Positions 21,123 to 23,731 of a DNA stretch of 23,731 nucleotides are shown one piece after another; the first letter of the stretch is position 1; each line of letters opens with the position of its first letter. The position numbers and the translations under genes are program-made. The notes under the pieces were generated by a model. It was given only the letters and a program-made list of their open reading frames with translations, had not been told where the DNA came from and made no database searches. The DNA comes from a bacterium (lineage in GTDB: Bacteria; Zhuqueibacterota; Zhuqueibacteria; Zhuqueibacterales; Zhuqueibacteraceae). The DNA lies in contig JBIOXB010000182.1 in the NCBI GenBank assembly GCA_044869275.1, positions 1-23,731 of the forward strand, read 5' to 3'.

Positions 21123-23627
21123 ATGACCCGAAGCATTCGCAACGAGGCTCTGAAAATTTCGGCCATACCACGGCACCAATTGCAGGAGGCGATGCGCCGG
21201 GCGCTGGCGCAAGGCGCTCCTTTGCAGCAGGAACATCTCGCCAATGTTTTCGAAGGGATTCTCGCGAAATCTCCCGCCGCATTATCCGTGCTGGATTTGA
21301 AAAATTGCGAAAAAAATTATGTTACCGAAATCCAGCGGCTGGCAGCGGCGGCGCATTCGTCCGCCCCGGCTCTCGAGGCCTACTCCATGACTTCTGTCGC
21401 CGCAGTCGCGGAATATTTCGGCCAGCGCTTGATTGCAGACATTGCCGCAGCCTTTGCGCGCATTCGTTTGAAATTCTCATTGCAGCCCGAAGAAAAACGC
21501 GAAATTCTGCGCGGCATGCTGCGTACGCGCCACCTGGATGCGCGTCTGAAAAAATTTTTTGGCAGCAGCGAAGTGAAACAGCCGGACGGCACTGCGTTTC
21601 AAGGCAAGGGCTTTCGTTCGATGGGACAGGAGGCGATCTACGCCGCTGCCATTCGCTTGAAACGCGGTGCAGAATTCATGCGAAATGGAGAATACACTGG
21701 CGACTTTGTCGCGCCCATGATCCGCGATCTCGGCTTGGCCCTGGCGATGGGGCAAACGCCTGACGACGTGATGGCGGCACAAATGGGCAAGGTGGGCAAG
21801 CCCACGAACGGGAAAGATTTGCACCTCGGCGATTTTGATTGCGGCGTTTTGCCGCCTGCCGCGCCCATTACCCTGAGCACGGGCTCGGCCTGTGGCATTG
21901 GCTTCGCGCTCAAAGCAACGGGGCGCGTGATGATCAGCTGCATCGGCGAAGGCGGCACCTCCGCGGGCGAATGGCATGAAGTGATCAATTTTGCGGCGGT
22001 GCAGAGCATGCCGATGGTGTTCATCGTGCAAAACAATCAAACTGCGCTGTCCACGCCCGCGCACGAACAATGCGCTGCTTTTAATTTTGCGCAGAAAGCG
22101 AGCGGCTACGGCCTGCGCGCGATCACGATTGACGCCACCGATCCCGAAGAAATCTTCGCCGCCGTGACGGAGGCGGCAGAAGCATGCCGGGCGGGAGCAG
22201 GACCGGTTTTAATTGAGCTGGTGGGCATGCGCATGTGCGGCCACGCGCATCACGACGACATGCTGTATTTCGGCAAAGAGCCGGACCAGTTTTTGGAATT
22301 CGTACCACCCGACAAGCTCGCCGGCGGCTACGTCGATGCGAAAAAATACGCCTACTGGTATCAAAAAGATCCGATCAAGCTTTATCAGCGCCAATTGCTG
22401 GAAGACGGTGTGCTCGATGAAGCTGAGTGGCAAGGGCTGGTGAGTGCAGTTGTCCAGGAAATCGAAGCGGCCGCGCAAGCGGTGATCGACGCCCCGTGGC
22501 CTGAAGCGAAGTTGGCAGGGCATCCGGTGGTGACGGACGGGCCCTGGCTTTCGCCGCAGGAATCACTGGCCAGGCCCTCCTTCGTATTTCCCGCTCCGAA
22601 AACATGGACGCCGCATGAACCGCCGGGCGTGCAATTCGATGCCAACGGTAAAACTTTCTGGCAAGCGCTGGTCGAAGCCTTGGTCGAAGAAATGCGCCGC
22701 GATCCGAATGTTTTCATGCTGGGTGAAGACATCGGAGGGCAATACGGCAACGCTTTCGTGATTTTGAAATCGCTGCTGGAGGAATTTGGCGAGCGGATGA
22801 TCAACACGCCACTGGCGGAAGCGGCCATCATCGGCTGCGCGACCGGCGCGGCGCTGATGGGCAGGCGCCCGATTGCCGAGATTCAATTCAATGATTTCAT
22901 TGCGAGCGGCTTCAATCAGCTCGTGAACAACGCCGCGAAGATTTTTTACCGCTGGGGCCATAGCGTGCCCATGACCGTACGCCTGCCCTGGGGCGGCTTG
23001 CGCAACGCCGGGCCTTATCATTCGCAAAACACCGAGCCCTGGTTCTATCGCACGCCGGGCTTGAAAATCGTTTGCCCCTCCACTCCGCGCGAGGCCAAGG
23101 GCCTGTTGAAGGCCGCGATTCGCGATGACAACCCCGTGCTTTTTTACGAGCACATCGCGCTATATCGTCTCGCTTCGATCAAACAAAATCTTCCCACTGC
23201 CGCAGAAGATTTTGTGATTCCAATTGGCGCCGCCCAGCTCAAACGCGAGGGCAGTGATTTGACCATGATCACATACGGGGCGTATGTGCACCGCTGTCTG
23301 GAAGTCGCGCAGAAACTGGCAGCGCAGAATATTTCCTGCCAAGTGCTCGATTTGCGCTCGCTGTTGCCATTGGATAAAACTGCAATTCTCGATTGCGTGC
23401 GCGGAACCGGCCGCGTGTTGATCGCGCATGAAGACTCCAAAACCGGCGGCATCGGGCAGTCCATTGCTTCCATTATTGCCGAAGAAGCCTTCGAATATCT
23501 CGATGCACCCGTGCGCGTGCTGGGCGCGCTGGATGCGCCGGTGCCGTATAGCCCGGCGCTGGAGGACACCTTTTTGGTAATCAACAAACAGATTGAAGAT
23601 ACGGTAAGGAAATTAGTAGAGTATTGA
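21123..23627 (+). CDS. Fused E1 alpha/beta 2-oxoacid dehydrogenase (TPP-dependent) with N-terminal extension
   Basis: GQEA, TPP motif GEGG...NN, RMCGH; beta half GEDIG, NTPLAE, EIQFNDF, YHSQ, DLRSL, LDAPV. Confidence 0.92.
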   Translation: MTRSIRNEALKISAIPRHQLQEAMRRALAQGAPLQQEHLANVFEGILAKSPAALSVLDLKNCEKNYVTEIQRLAAAAHSSAPALEAYSMTSVAAVAEYFGQRLIADIAAAFARIRLKFSLQPEEKREILRGMLRTRHLDARLKKFFGSSEVKQPDGTAFQGKGFRSMGQEAIYAAAIRLKRGAEFMRNGEYTGDFVAPMIRDLGLALAMGQTPDDVMAAQMGKVGKPTNGKDLHLGDFDCGVLPPAAPITLSTGSACGIGFALKATGRVMISCIGEGGTSAGEWHEVINFAAVQSMPMVFIVQNNQTALSTPAHEQCAAFNFAQKASGYGLRAITIDATDPEEIFAAVTEAAEACRAGAGPVLIELVGMRMCGHAHHDDMLYFGKEPDQFLEFVPPDKLAGGYVDAKKYAYWYQKDPIKLYQRQLLEDGVLDEAEWQGLVSAVVQEIEAAAQAVIDAPWPEAKLAGHPVVTDGPWLSPQESLARPSFVFPAPKTWTPHEPPGVQFDANGKTFWQALVEALVEEMRRDPNVFMLGEDIGGQYGNAFVILKSLLEEFGERMINTPLAEAAIIGCATGAALMGRRPIAEIQFNDFIASGFNQLVNNAAKIFYRWGHSVPMTVRLPWGGLRNAGPYHSQNTEPWFYRTPGLKIVCPSTPREAKGLLKAAIRDDNPVLFYEHIALYRLASIKQNLPTAAEDFVIPIGAAQLKREGSDLTMITYGAYVHRCLEVAQKLAAQNISCQVLDLRSLLPLDKTAILDCVRGTGRVLIAHEDSKTGGIGQSIASIIAEEAFEYLDAPVRVLGALDAPVPYSPALEDTFLVINKQIEDTVRKLVEY

Positions 23628-23648
23628 TAGCAGGAGGTGGATGGTTAT

Positions 23649-23711
23649 ATGAAAACCCTGGCCACTATTAGTATTCTTGCTGGTGTGCTTACCGTCATCA
23701 TCGCATGGTAA
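23649..23711 (+). CDS. Possible 20-aa hydrophobic peptide, or 5' end of a nonsense-interrupted gene
   Basis: Strong RBS AGGAGGTG at 23632-23639, then MKTLATISILAGVLTVIIAW-stop; the frame continues DYAVIW after the TAA. Confidence 0.3.
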   Translation: MKTLATISILAGVLTVIIAW

Positions 23712-23731
23712 GACTATGCTGTGATCTGGCT

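Overview
A gene-dense, moderately GC-rich window from a diderm bacterium. The style suggests a KSB1/Calditrichota-like lineage, but that is only an impression. The left end holds a purple-acid-phosphatase-like gene followed by sbcD-sbcC. The central ~11.4 kb (4.9-16.2 kb) is a block of mostly uncharacterised exported proteins: an M28/PA peptidase, an orphan PstS-like lipoprotein, a FecR-like/TPR protein, a small beta-barrel fused to an Ig-like and a transglutaminase-like (Cys-His-Glu) domain, a stand-alone paralogue of that barrel, a DUF4097-like lipoprotein, an emfourin-like/BsuPI-like lipoprotein, a small lipoprotein, a larger beta-barrel and a coiled-coil exported protein. Two of its transcription units have strong sigma54 (-24/-12) promoters with upstream palindromes. 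The right part is housekeeping and metabolic: a class II aldolase with a Cys cluster and an encapsulation-peptide-like tail, moaA, trxB, a small membrane protein, YhhN and a fused 2-oxoacid dehydrogenase E1. At ~19.94-20.37 kb there is a nested stack of three, possibly four, short repeat/MITE elements. The best candidate for an undescribed system is the envelope module built around the barrel-anchored transglutaminase-like enzyme. All family calls come from reading motifs by eye; no searches were run.
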